Below the pieces are notes generated by a model, which made no database searches, was not told the origin of the DNA, and was given only the letters and a program-made list of their open reading frames with translations. A stretch of DNA of 64,000 bases from an uncultured Candidatus Saccharibacteria bacterium. GTDB lineage: Bacteria > Patescibacteriota > WWE3 > UBA101185 > UBA10185. The position numbers were made by a program, and so were the translations under genes. The DNA lies in contig CAZILK010000001.1 in assembly GCA_964540135.1 (NCBI GenBank), positions 17,843 through 81,842 on the forward strand. The letters run 5' to 3'. Shown in pieces: positions 48,244 to 57,300 of this stretch. The stretch's first letter is position 1. Each line of letters starts with the position of its first letter.

Positions 48244-49647
48244 ATGTCCCTACTAGAAAACGCATTAACTTTTTCAAAAAACTTTCATAAAGATCACCTA
48301 CGTGATACAGGGGAGGGTGTGTTTGACCATTGTTTCAGGGTTATGAAAATCCTTGAAGCGGAGAAAGTTACTGACGAAAACATGCTAGCTACTGCTTTAC
48401 TGCACCATGTTCTTAAATATGACGGTAGTGATACTATGAAACATAAACTCAGCCTTGAGTTTGGTGCCTCTGTTTGTGAGTTACTTGTAGCATTTGATAG
48501 CCTGACTCACAAAAAGGTTAAACGTTATTCTCCTCGTGAGTTTAATCAAGCATATATTGTACAAACTTTCTTAAATTTATCTGAAAACCTTGATGTTCTT
48601 GTTATTCGAATAGCAGATAAAGTAGATAATTTAAACAATAGTTTTGTACTAAATACTGAAGATAGAGAGAGGGTAGCTCTACGCGCATTAAATGTTTATG
48701 CGCCTATTACTCGTTTTTTAGGTCTTTCTGGATTTCTGACTATGTTTGAAGATCAATCATTTAAGATTCTTTATGCTGCAGATTATTTTAGAATTACCAA
48801 ATATTTAAATTCTATCGTAGAGGAAGCGACTGCTCTCCTTGAGGATGCAACTACTTTCTTAATGAACACACTTAAAGATCGTGGAATCGGTGCCAGCATT
48901 GCTTATCGTTTAAAAAGACCGTACTCAATTTATAAGAAAGAGCAGCGGTATAAACTATTAGGTAAGTCTTGTAAATCTGACTATTCTGATTTCCCGGATA
49001 TAGTAGCTATGAGAATACTTGTTAATACAATAGAGGATTGCTATGCCGTAGATACATTAGTGAAGTCGGTATGGCATTCCCTGGACGAGCACTATGAAGA
49101 TTTGATTGCAAAACCCCGACCAAGTGGTTATAGATCGATTCACAGCGTGTTTAAAGTTTCAGATAAGTTTAATCTTGAAATTCAAATAAAGACATTTGAG
49201 ATGCATGATTACAATGAGAATGGTGCAGCAAGTCATATTTTCTATAAAGTAGGCAGCGAATTTAAAGAAAATCTTAAAAAAGATCCTGATTGGCTTAAAA
49301 AGTTAAACTATTGGGATAAAAACAATAGATTTGAGCAACAAGGTCTTGAAGCAGCTAAACCTTTCTCGGATAAAATCTACACGTTTACCCCACTTGGGGA
49401 CATTATTGAACTTGTTCGTGGCGCAACTGTAGTTGACTTTGCTTATGCAGTTCATGAAACAATTGGGCATAATTTCACAGGCGCCCATGTTAATGGAGCG
49501 ATTGCCAAAGCTTCGCATGTTTTAACTGATGGTGATGTTGTTTCTATTAAGACTGTTAAGAAAAATAAAAAACCAAGTCCTGATTGGCTGGACTTTGTTG
49601 TAACTTCAAGAGCAAGAACTCAGATTAAAAAAGAACTAAAAAGTTAA
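48244..49647 (+). CDS. rel: RelA/SpoT-family (p)ppGpp synthetase with degenerate HD hydrolase domain and C-terminal TGS domain (short, no ACT)
   Basis: Synthetase motifs RLKRPYSIYKK, AMRILV, YRSIHSVF, EIQIKT are intact. The HD position reads ALLHHV and ADKVDN instead of ALLHDV and ADRxHN. TGS-like C-terminus YTFTPLGDIIELVRGATVVDFAY. Confidence 0.85.
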   Translation: MSLLENALTFSKNFHKDHLRDTGEGVFDHCFRVMKILEAEKVTDENMLATALLHHVLKYDGSDTMKHKLSLEFGASVCELLVAFDSLTHKKVKRYSPREFNQAYIVQTFLNLSENLDVLVIRIADKVDNLNNSFVLNTEDRERVALRALNVYAPITRFLGLSGFLTMFEDQSFKILYAADYFRITKYLNSIVEEATALLEDATTFLMNTLKDRGIGASIAYRLKRPYSIYKKEQRYKLLGKSCKSDYSDFPDIVAMRILVNTIEDCYAVDTLVKSVWHSLDEHYEDLIAKPRPSGYRSIHSVFKVSDKFNLEIQIKTFEMHDYNENGAASHIFYKVGSEFKENLKKDPDWLKKLNYWDKNNRFEQQGLEAAKPFSDKIYTFTPLGDIIELVRGATVVDFAYAVHETIGHNFTGAHVNGAIAKASHVLTDGDVVSIKTVKKNKKPSPDWLDFVVTSRARTQIKKELKS

Positions 49648-49703
49648 CTTTTCTTTATAACAAAAGCTTTTCCTTATTCTCTTCGGGTTATATTTGTATT
49701 GAC

Positions 49704-49751
49704 TGGTGATGCCAAATGGTGTTTAGTGGATACAAATGGTGAAACTTGGTG
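49704..49751 (+). promoter_or_regulatory. Candidate MraZ operator: 4-5 TGG(T/A) direct repeats in 10-bp phase upstream of mraZ
   Basis: TGG triplets start at 49704, 49717, 49727, 49737 and 49747 (cTGGtg, aTGGtg, gTGGat, aTGGtg, tTGGtg); the last four are exactly 10 bp apart. Confidence 0.4.
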
Positions 49752-49797
49752 ATAAGCAAATCTTGCATCTGCCCACAACAAATAAAAACATATGAAA

Positions 49798-50211
49798 ATG
49801 TTTTTAGGGGAGTATTACCCCAACATCACAAACGGCTCAAGATTAGCGCTACCCAAGAAATTACGCGACTTGATTACAGGAGATGACATCATCCTCTCAA
49901 GAGGATTTGAAAAATGCATCTTTTTGTATGACAGAGGGGACTGGATGGAAGAAGCCATTAAGCACGTTGACAATCCGATAAGCGATCCTAAAACACGAGA
50001 ATTAAAAAGGTATATGTACTCATCTGCAAGCGAAACAAGCATTGATAGCCAAGGGAGACTTGTTATCCCTCAGAATTTAAAAGACTATGCAGCGCTTGAT
50101 TTAAAAGTGACGGTTATTGGAGCTGGTGATCACATTGAAATCTGGGATTTAGATAACTGGCAAAAACACATAAGTAAACTATCTGTAAGTTATGCCCTTG
50201 GGGATAACTAA
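49798..50211 (+). CDS. mraZ: Transcriptional regulator MraZ
   Basis: MFLGEYYPNI...RLALPKKLRD and the second SpoVT/AbrB-like repeat; start taken at the second Met. Confidence 0.88.
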   Translation: MFLGEYYPNITNGSRLALPKKLRDLITGDDIILSRGFEKCIFLYDRGDWMEEAIKHVDNPISDPKTRELKRYMYSSASETSIDSQGRLVIPQNLKDYAALDLKVTVIGAGDHIEIWDLDNWQKHISKLSVSYALGDN

Positions 50212-50212
50212 T

Positions 50213-51103
50213 ATGCAGGGTTATCACGAACCGGTCTTACTTGATGAGGTTTTAGCACTTTTACAAGTTAAAAAAGGCGAAGTTTATATAGATGCAACTT
50301 TGGGGGACGGTGGTCATACGATTGAAATACTAAAGCTTGGTGGAACTGTACTTGGAATTGATTACAGTGAATTAAGTCTTGGGAATGCTGTAAAGCGAAT
50401 TAGCGAGCTTAATCTGTCGGCTAAATTTATTCCGGTACTTGGCAATTTCACACAGATTTATGAAATTGCAAAAGACAATAAACTTGAGTCAATTCACGGG
50501 ATACTCTTTGACCTAGGTTATAGCTCAACACAGCTTGATGAGAATCTTGGAATCAGTTTTTTACAGGACCAAGACCTTGATATGCGAATAGATAAATCCC
50601 TAGGAGTTATGGCAAAAGATCTTGTTAATGCCTTGTCGGCACCTGAACTTGAAAGACTATTTCGCGATTATGGGGATGAGAAACTTGCAAGACGATTTGC
50701 TCTTGCCATTTTAGATTATCGTAAGTTAAAGAAGTTTGAAACAACTAGTGAACTTGCAAGTGTAATTAAGACTTGCGCTCCTTTAAGTTACGATAACGGA
50801 AGAATACATCCGGCAACAAGAGTGTTTATGGCGCTTCGGATTGCCGTTAATAACGAACTTGACAATATAAAGTACGCACTGCCTCGGGCTGCACAGTTAG
50901 CTGTAGAATCCATGCTGCCTGGCGGGCGAATGTTAGTTATAAGCTTTCATTCGCTTGAGGATTCTATTGTAAAAACCTTCGGGAAGACTGTGCAGCCTGT
51001 TATGAAAGAGGTTGTTAAAAAACCGGTAGTGCCCTCAGACGCTGAAGTTGCGAGAAACCCTCGTAGTAGAAGTGCAAAAATGCGTGTTTTTGAAAAAATA
51101 TAG
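50213..51103 (+). CDS. rsmH: 16S rRNA (cytosine1402-N4)-methyltransferase
   Basis: YHEPVLLDEVL...YIDATLGDGGHT canonical RsmH/MraW N-terminus; start 2 nt after the mraZ stop. Confidence 0.9.
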   Translation: MQGYHEPVLLDEVLALLQVKKGEVYIDATLGDGGHTIEILKLGGTVLGIDYSELSLGNAVKRISELNLSAKFIPVLGNFTQIYEIAKDNKLESIHGILFDLGYSSTQLDENLGISFLQDQDLDMRIDKSLGVMAKDLVNALSAPELERLFRDYGDEKLARRFALAILDYRKLKKFETTSELASVIKTCAPLSYDNGRIHPATRVFMALRIAVNNELDNIKYALPRAAQLAVESMLPGGRMLVISFHSLEDSIVKTFGKTVQPVMKEVVKKPVVPSDAEVARNPRSRSAKMRVFEKI

Positions 51104-51104
51104 T

Positions 51105-51437
51105 ATGAAAAAAATAAACTGCATAGTAAATAAAAAATCTGAATGCAGCTACCCTAAATGTAAGGCTTTTCTTTGCCTTAGCTTTATGTGTTTTGTAGCA
51201 ACACTTCTTGCTCAAGTTGTTGTATCCAATAAGTTTGCTGTTAAAGGTGCTGAATTATCTTATCTCCTTGAAAGACAAAAAACTCTTGAAAAAGAAATTT
51301 ATGCATCGGAGCTTAAAATATCTCAACTTGCTTCACTCTCTTATGTTGAAAAACAAGCTGCAAAGCTTGGGTTCAGTCAGGTATCTGGCAATATTGTTTA
51401 TCTGGATAGTCCAACATTTGCGCTTAAGCTCCAATGA
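51105..51437 (+). CDS. ftsL: Cell division protein FtsL-like (single TM plus coiled coil)
   Basis: Small bitopic protein between rsmH and ftsI; TM LCLSFMCFVATLLAQVVV followed by a heptad-like region; assigned by position and architecture. Confidence 0.55.
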   Translation: MKKINCIVNKKSECSYPKCKAFLCLSFMCFVATLLAQVVVSNKFAVKGAELSYLLERQKTLEKEIYASELKISQLASLSYVEKQAAKLGFSQVSGNIVYLDSPTFALKLQ

Positions 51438-53176
51438 GGAAAAAACACCTCCCAAGCTACACTTTTTCAAGATCAGATGTTGTGTTCGCGGTTTTTGTAG
51501 TCACATCAGCCATTTTCATTGTTAAGCTTTTTACAATTCAAGTTACAAGACATGAAGTTTTGGCAGCTCAAGCGACAAAGCAATATCAAAATCTTCAGCA
51601 GATCCAAGCTAAACGAGGCAATATATACACAAGAGACATGTATCCGCTAGCAGCAACTCAAAAAGCATATCTTATGTTTTTTGAGCCAAAGCTAGTTACT
51701 GATTTTACAAAGACCTCTCAAGCAGTTTCAAAAATTCTTGCTGGAGGGGATTCTAAACTTTACGAGACTTATAACTCTAGATTTCTTGATCTGCTTAAAC
51801 TTGATCTATACTGGGTTGCGGCAGAACATGAGATCTTGCCTGAAACAAAAAATAAGCTTGAGGAGCTAAATATTAAGGGGGTTGGGTTTGAAGAAGAGCC
51901 GATAAGATTTTATCCGGAGAAAAGGCTTGCTTCTCATGTACTTGGGTATGTTGCCAAAAATAAAGCTGGAACCATTCAGGGTTATTTTGGTGTGGAGGGG
52001 TACTTTAACGGGGACTTACAAGGTAAGCCTGGTCGAGTAATTCAGGAGAGAGATGCAACTGGAAGCCCAATTCTTGTTGGCAAGTATAAAAAAGATGATC
52101 CAATTAATGGAACTGATATTGTTTTAACACTTGATAGATCAATTCAGTATATGGTTGAGAAAAAACTTGTAGAAGGTGTTAAAAAATATGAAGCAGATTT
52201 TGGAAGCGTTATTGTTATGGACGCTTTAACCGGTCAAATACTAGCACTAGCAAACTTCCCTGATTACGATCCTTCAAGCTTAACTTTTGATGAAGAGGCT
52301 AAAGATATGTACTCAGATCAAAAAATTAACTTTGCAGTTTCAGAGGTATATGAACCGGGTTCAGTTATTAAAGCACTAACTGTAAGCTCCGGAATTGATA
52401 CCGGAGTTATTTCCCCAAGCACAACTTTTACAGACGGAGGACCTGTCACTTATTCTGATTACACAATTGATAACTGGGATGGGAAGCATCATGGGGTGCA
52501 AACAATCACAGAACTTCTTCAAAAATCAAATAACATAGGTTCGTCTTGGGTTGCGCACCAAGTAGGAGGAAAAAATTTATATAAATATTTTAGGAGCTTT
52601 GGACTTGGCTCCCGTTCCGGTATTGAGCTTGAAGGCGAAGATTCAGGTTTCTTAAAGGCCGAAGACACCTTAACTGATATTGATCTCGCAACATCAGGCT
52701 TTGGCCAAGGCATGTCAGCTACCCCACTTCAAGTATTAAATGCGTTTAATACTATTGCTAATGACGGCATACTCCTCAGGCCAAGAATTGTAATGGAGAT
52801 GCGGGAAGCTGATCGTGTTATTACGCTTAGTACAAAGCCTGTTAAAAGAGTTATGTCAAAAAAGTCTGCAGATACAGTTGAGAAAATGCTTGAGGAGGCA
52901 GCAGTTGGAGGAGAAGCAAAATACTTTGTGTTAAAAAACTATAAAATTGCCGGTAAAACTGGAACTGCTCAGATACCAAAAGACGGTAAGTACGATCCAA
53001 ACGAAACAAACGCTACATTTGTTGGTTACCTGTCAGGGGAAAAGAAGATTTCTATGCTTGTTAAATTAAATAGGCCTAAAACAAGCCCGTATGCTGCTGA
53101 GACGGCAGTTCCTATGTGGATGGATATTGCAACCGAGATGATTAAATACTACGGTATAGCACCTGACAGGCTTTAA
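51434..53176 (+). CDS. ftsI: Penicillin-binding protein, class B transpeptidase (FtsI/PBP2-like)
   Basis: N-terminal TM; dimerisation domain; transpeptidase motifs SVIK (SxxK), SNN (SxN), KTGTA (KTG). Confidence 0.85.
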   Translation: MRKKHLPSYTFSRSDVVFAVFVVTSAIFIVKLFTIQVTRHEVLAAQATKQYQNLQQIQAKRGNIYTRDMYPLAATQKAYLMFFEPKLVTDFTKTSQAVSKILAGGDSKLYETYNSRFLDLLKLDLYWVAAEHEILPETKNKLEELNIKGVGFEEEPIRFYPEKRLASHVLGYVAKNKAGTIQGYFGVEGYFNGDLQGKPGRVIQERDATGSPILVGKYKKDDPINGTDIVLTLDRSIQYMVEKKLVEGVKKYEADFGSVIVMDALTGQILALANFPDYDPSSLTFDEEAKDMYSDQKINFAVSEVYEPGSVIKALTVSSGIDTGVISPSTTFTDGGPVTYSDYTIDNWDGKHHGVQTITELLQKSNNIGSSWVAHQVGGKNLYKYFRSFGLGSRSGIELEGEDSGFLKAEDTLTDIDLATSGFGQGMSATPLQVLNAFNTIANDGILLRPRIVMEMREADRVITLSTKPVKRVMSKKSADTVEKMLEEAAVGGEAKYFVLKNYKIAGKTGTAQIPKDGKYDPNETNATFVGYLSGEKKISMLVKLNRPKTSPYAAETAVPMWMDIATEMIKYYGIAPDRL

Positions 53177-54201
53177 GGAGTAGTTTTTTCTATTGTGCTG
53201 ACAGGCTCAGCTTCAACATCTGGTTTTTTAACACCGTTTAGTTCGTCTTGTACTGCTAGTTTAAAACTACTGAAAGAATCTCCTCCAATTGGTGCTAGTA
53301 CCCAAGCACCTCCATATTCTTCCATAGGTGGTGTAAACAAATAGTCGTAATCAAGATACAATGAAGAAATTGTGTATTTCTCATAATCTTTGTGTAAGTC
53401 CCACAAATAGCCTACATCTGAAAGTGCGAGGTTTGTATCCATTCTACCCTTTGTAACCATATCAAATGCTTTACTAAGTTCCATGTTTTTAAATATACTG
53501 CTTGGCTGCTTCACAGCCTTTAGCATCCCTTTTAATATTAAGTGTTGGCGTTTCATTCTGCCCCAGTCCCCGTTATCGTTATCGCCTTTTCTGCTTCTTG
53601 AGAATATTAAGGCTCTTTCGCCGTTTAGTACTTCTTTACCCTCTGTAAATGTAACTGTTTGATATTCAAACGTAGCATCAACCGGGTATTGCGAATCAGT
53701 GAATGTTGTTTCAACATCAACAGGCACACCTCCCATAGAATCAACAATCCATGAAAAGTCCTCAAAATCAGTCAGTACAAACTTCTCAGGTCTAAGACCG
53801 GTTATTTCTTCCATTGCATTTTGCATCTCTCCCCATCCGTCTTGAATGTAGGTTGCGTTTATTCTGCCTGTTTTCCACCACAAATCTCTTGGGACTGAGA
53901 TCATAACTGCTTTGTTTTTCACCTTATCCACCGATACTAAGATCATAATATCTGTTCTGTACCCTTCATTCTTACTTCTTCTATCAACACCAAGTAGCAT
54001 AAAGGTAGTTTTATCACTTTTTGCAAGTGCGCTGTTGTGATCACTGCTGTTGCTTTCAGTCCTTCTCTTATCACTTTGATCGTAATTTGCCTTAGGGTCG
54101 GCAAAGGTTGCTGGAGTTTGATTTTGATCGATAAAATAGTAGCCAATTCCAAAGATAGTGAAAAATGCAAAGAACGCGCATATAAACTTTAAAATTTTCA
54201 T
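53173..54201 (-). CDS. LytR-CpsA-Psr (LCP) family cell-wall glycopolymer phosphotransferase
   Basis: N-terminal TM; FMLLGVDRR...RTDIMILVSVD...AVMISVPRDLW are the conserved LCP core motifs. Confidence 0.85.
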   Translation of the reverse strand: MKILKFICAFFAFFTIFGIGYYFIDQNQTPATFADPKANYDQSDKRRTESNSSDHNSALAKSDKTTFMLLGVDRRSKNEGYRTDIMILVSVDKVKNKAVMISVPRDLWWKTGRINATYIQDGWGEMQNAMEEITGLRPEKFVLTDFEDFSWIVDSMGGVPVDVETTFTDSQYPVDATFEYQTVTFTEGKEVLNGERALIFSRSRKGDNDNGDWGRMKRQHLILKGMLKAVKQPSSIFKNMELSKAFDMVTKGRMDTNLALSDVGYLWDLHKDYEKYTISSLYLDYDYLFTPPMEEYGGAWVLAPIGGDSFSSFKLAVQDELNGVKKPDVEAEPVSTIEKTTP

Positions 54202-54262
54202 GAAAGGATTTTACCTCAGATTTCTTTATGTAGAAAGCAATATATTCTCAAAATGGTTTAGG

Positions 54263-54270
54263 TTGTATAA
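54263..54270 (+). promoter_or_regulatory. Extended -10 element (TGTATAAT) 7 nt upstream of the galU ATG
   Basis: TGTATAAT at 54263-54270, ATG at 54278; implies a leaderless transcript. Confidence 0.35.
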
Positions 54271-54277
54271 TTTCAGC

Positions 54278-55174
54278 ATGCATAAAAAAGTTACCAAAGC
54301 TGTTATTCCGGCTGCAGGATTTGGGACAAGATTTTTACCACAAACAAAGGCTATGCCAAAGGAGATGTTGCCTCTTGTTGATAAGCCAATCATCCAATAC
54401 ATAGTTGAGAACCTTGTAGATGCCGGTATCAAAGACATCATAATTGTTACCGGTTATCATAAAAGATCTATCGAGGATCATTTTGATACGCCTTCTCAAG
54501 ACTTAATCGAAAACTTAAAAGCTGGCGGTGATAAAAAGCTTGGACTTCTCTCAGATGTTGAGCGCATTGCCTCAATGGCAAACTTTGTGTATTTGAGGCA
54601 AAAAGGCCCTTACGGTAACGGTACCCCGCTTCTCAATGTATCTCATCTACTACGCGATGAGCCTTTTTTATATGTATGGGGTGATGATATGGTCGATTCT
54701 GAGCCAAATGAATTTAAACAGTTAATCTCAGCTTACGAAAAATATGGCCATTCTTGCCTTGCGTGTGTGCGAGCAGGGTCGGATGAAGATTACGATAGGT
54801 ATGGGTTTATATCAGGCGAGCTCTTAGAAGACGGTGTTTACAAAGTTGATAAACTCATTGAGAAACCTGGTAAGGACAGTGCACCGTCTAATCTAGGTGC
54901 CGTGTCTAGTTTTTTATACACCCCGGATGTATTTAATTACGTTGATGCTGCAATAAATGATTTGGGAGATAAATCTGAACTCTATTGGGTCGATGTGCTT
55001 GAGCGTATGATGGCTGATGGCGTGCCTGTTCTTGGAATTGAGATCAAAAACGGTAAGTTTCTAGACTTAGGCAATAAATTTGAGTATTTAAAGGCAGTTG
55101 TTGAATTTGGACTTAGGGATAAAGAGATTGGCGATGATTTATTAAAATGGATAAAACATTTCTGTAGGTTTTAG
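54278..55174 (+). CDS. galU: UTP--glucose-1-phosphate uridylyltransferase
   Basis: [39 protein letters not shown] canonical GalU N-terminus; start at Met 54278, not the upstream in-frame Met that overlaps the LCP gene. Confidence 0.88.
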   Translation: [298 protein letters not shown]

Positions 55175-55207
55175 GCAACTTCTAGTTTACAAAAGATCCA
55201 TAAAGTC

Positions 55208-55236
55208 TTGCACTCCTATTTTTAATCCACTATCAT
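55208..55236 (+). promoter_or_regulatory. Sigma70-like promoter (TTGCAC-N17-TATCAT) 6 nt upstream of the response-regulator ATG
   Basis: TTGCAC at 55208-55213, TATCAT at 55231-55236, ATG at 55243. Confidence 0.4.
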
Positions 55237-55242
55237 AAAGCT

Positions 55243-55647
55243 ATGAGTAAGAACATATTAGTTGTTGAAGACGATATTCAATTTTACACACTATACGGCA
55301 CTGAACTTCAGTCCAGAGGTTATAAAGTAACTAATGTTTCAGACGGTGCACTTGCAGTTCAGGCAATTCAAGACCAAAAACCTGATCTTGTGCTTCTTGA
55401 CCTTGTTTTACCAGGCAGAAACGGGCTTGATATTCTAAGAGATATTCGCTCTCAAGCAGCTCTCGAGTCTTTAAAAGTCGTAGTTTTAACAAACTATGGT
55501 GGTGAGGAAAATGTTAGTACGGCTCTTGAGCTTGGTGCAACTGATTATGTTATGAAATATAAAATAGTCCCTTCCGAACTCGCCGATAAGATTGCATCGC
55601 TGTTTGGCGACACAGGCGGATCGGTAGTTAATATGACTAATTTGTAG
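55243..55647 (+). CDS. Stand-alone response regulator receiver domain (CheY-like, no output domain)
   Basis: ILVVEDD...DLVLLDLVLPGRNGLDI with the phospho-acceptor Asp and the conserved T and K positions; 134 aa. Confidence 0.85.
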   Translation: MSKNILVVEDDIQFYTLYGTELQSRGYKVTNVSDGALAVQAIQDQKPDLVLLDLVLPGRNGLDILRDIRSQAALESLKVVVLTNYGGEENVSTALELGATDYVMKYKIVPSELADKIASLFGDTGGSVVNMTNL

Positions 55648-55649
55648 AC

Positions 55650-57296
55650 ATGAACCTAAACTCAATCTGGGTACTGCTCATACTCTCGTCTCTGTTAATC
55701 TCGTTTCTAACCATCTATATCCATCTTAAAGCATCCAAAGTCTTAAAAGATAAGCTTGAGAAAAAAGAACTTGAGTATAAACATCAAGCATACGAAACAC
55801 TTCTGCTTGATCTTATTCATCAAAAGTTTGGGTATGTTATTGATATCAATAAAATTCTTGATACTGTTGTTGAATCTCTGTCTTCAATTATTGGATATAC
55901 AGCAGTCTCATACATTCATATAACGCCTGCAAAAATGCGGTTTCGGTTTCATATGTTTGAACAAACCCCACAATCTTATCTTGAAGAAGTTAAAAGTAGG
56001 CTGATAAATGACTCTCTCAAAGACTACGCTTCAATTAAAATCCAAAATTACATGGAAGAGACAGTTTCGGGAAACCTGATAAATGATGCACTTGTTTTTG
56101 AACCAAAGTCGTTTATAGATATCCCTGTACTAATTGATGAGGATTTAGTCGGCGTAATTCTAGTTACCTCAAGATATGATAATTTCTATAAAGAAGATGA
56201 CTCAAATCTTGCTAGAAAATCAATCTCAAGAGTCTTTGTTGAGGTTGCGAGACTTAAAAAACTAATTGATGGAGAGAAAACAAAGCTTGAGGTGCTCGTA
56301 GATAGTATGGATTCAGGAGTAATTTTGATCGGAGAAGATTTCTCAATTATTGCAATAAATAATACATGTGTTGAGCTACTTGAACTAAAGAGTAAAACAG
56401 ACACAACAATCTTTGAGATCGCAGCCTCTTTTACTAAGGTGTTTCCGCTTGATCTTGCTCTAGCTGAGGTACTTAAAGAAGAAAAACATAAGCAGTATAA
56501 AGATATTGCTTATAACGATAAATATTTTGATGTAACAATCCTTCCAATTAACAGTGCGGTTACTAAAAAATCAGTAGGAATAATTATTAATGACAGAACT
56601 GATGAACATAAGTTTAGCCAGATTAAAGACGATTTTATTTCAATGGTTGTGCATGAACTAAGATCCCCCTTAACTATAATAAAAGGCACGGCCGACATGT
56701 TAATTAAAAGAGGGGACGATATGCTTGGAAATCAAAAGATTACACTTCTACAGCAGGTGGAGGATTCATCCTCAAGATTAATCGGACTTGTAAATGATTT
56801 ACTAGATTCAGCTAAAATTGAAGCTGGTAAGATTTCAATTCGTAAAACACAAAATGATTTAAATAAGACATTACTTGAGGTTGTTAACGAGTACTCACAA
56901 TCTGCAAAAGACAAAAAGCTTTTCTTATCTGTTGATACTGATATTCAAATTGCAATGTTTAAGTTTGATGCTGACCGGGTAAAACAAGTATTAACAAACC
57001 TTATTGCTAATGCATTGAAGTTTACAAAAACGGGAGGAGTTCATGTTTCATCAAACCTTAAAAACGGCTTTGCTGAGGTTAGTGTTGCAGATACTGGAAT
57101 CGGGATTAGTGAGAGTGATAAGGCTGAACTGTTTAATAAGTATACCCAGCTTCAGAAAACTAAAACCAAAGAAAACGGTACCGGTCTTGGACTTGTTATT
57201 GCCAAAGGTATAGTTGAGGCACATGGGGGTAATATTTATGTTTTGGATAATAAACCTGTTGGTGCTGTTTTTAAATTTACACTTCCTGTAAACTGA
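55650..57296 (+). CDS. Sensor histidine kinase (single N-terminal TM, cytoplasmic GAF/PAS-like region, HisKA plus HATPase_c)
   Basis: H-box VHELRSPLTIIKG; N-box NLIANALKFT; G-boxes DTGIGISE and GTGLGLVIAKGIVEAHGG. Confidence 0.88.
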   Translation: MNLNSIWVLLILSSLLISFLTIYIHLKASKVLKDKLEKKELEYKHQAYETLLLDLIHQKFGYVIDINKILDTVVESLSSIIGYTAVSYIHITPAKMRFRFHMFEQTPQSYLEEVKSRLINDSLKDYASIKIQNYMEETVSGNLINDALVFEPKSFIDIPVLIDEDLVGVILVTSRYDNFYKEDDSNLARKSISRVFVEVARLKKLIDGEKTKLEVLVDSMDSGVILIGEDFSIIAINNTCVELLELKSKTDTTIFEIAASFTKVFPLDLALAEVLKEEKHKQYKDIAYNDKYFDVTILPINSAVTKKSVGIIINDRTDEHKFSQIKDDFISMVVHELRSPLTIIKGTADMLIKRGDDMLGNQKITLLQQVEDSSSRLIGLVNDLLDSAKIEAGKISIRKTQNDLNKTLLEVVNEYSQSAKDKKLFLSVDTDIQIAMFKFDADRVKQVLTNLIANALKFTKTGGVHVSSNLKNGFAEVSVADTGIGISESDKAELFNKYTQLQKTKTKENGTGLGLVIAKGIVEAHGGNIYVLDNKPVGAVFKFTLPVN

Positions 57297-57300
57297 AGAT

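Noticed and set aside
49650-49700. AAAAGCTTTT palindrome and lone CTTCGG half-site after the rel stop
   Set aside because: A perfect 10-bp palindrome with no loop is a poor terminator hairpin, and only one half of the TTCGG repeat is present; probably coincidental
54158-54277. Upstream in-frame extension of galU overlapping the LCP gene
   Set aside because: GalU homology begins at [19 protein letters not shown] (54278). The extension overlaps the convergent LCP coding region and contains the TGTATAAT promoter element
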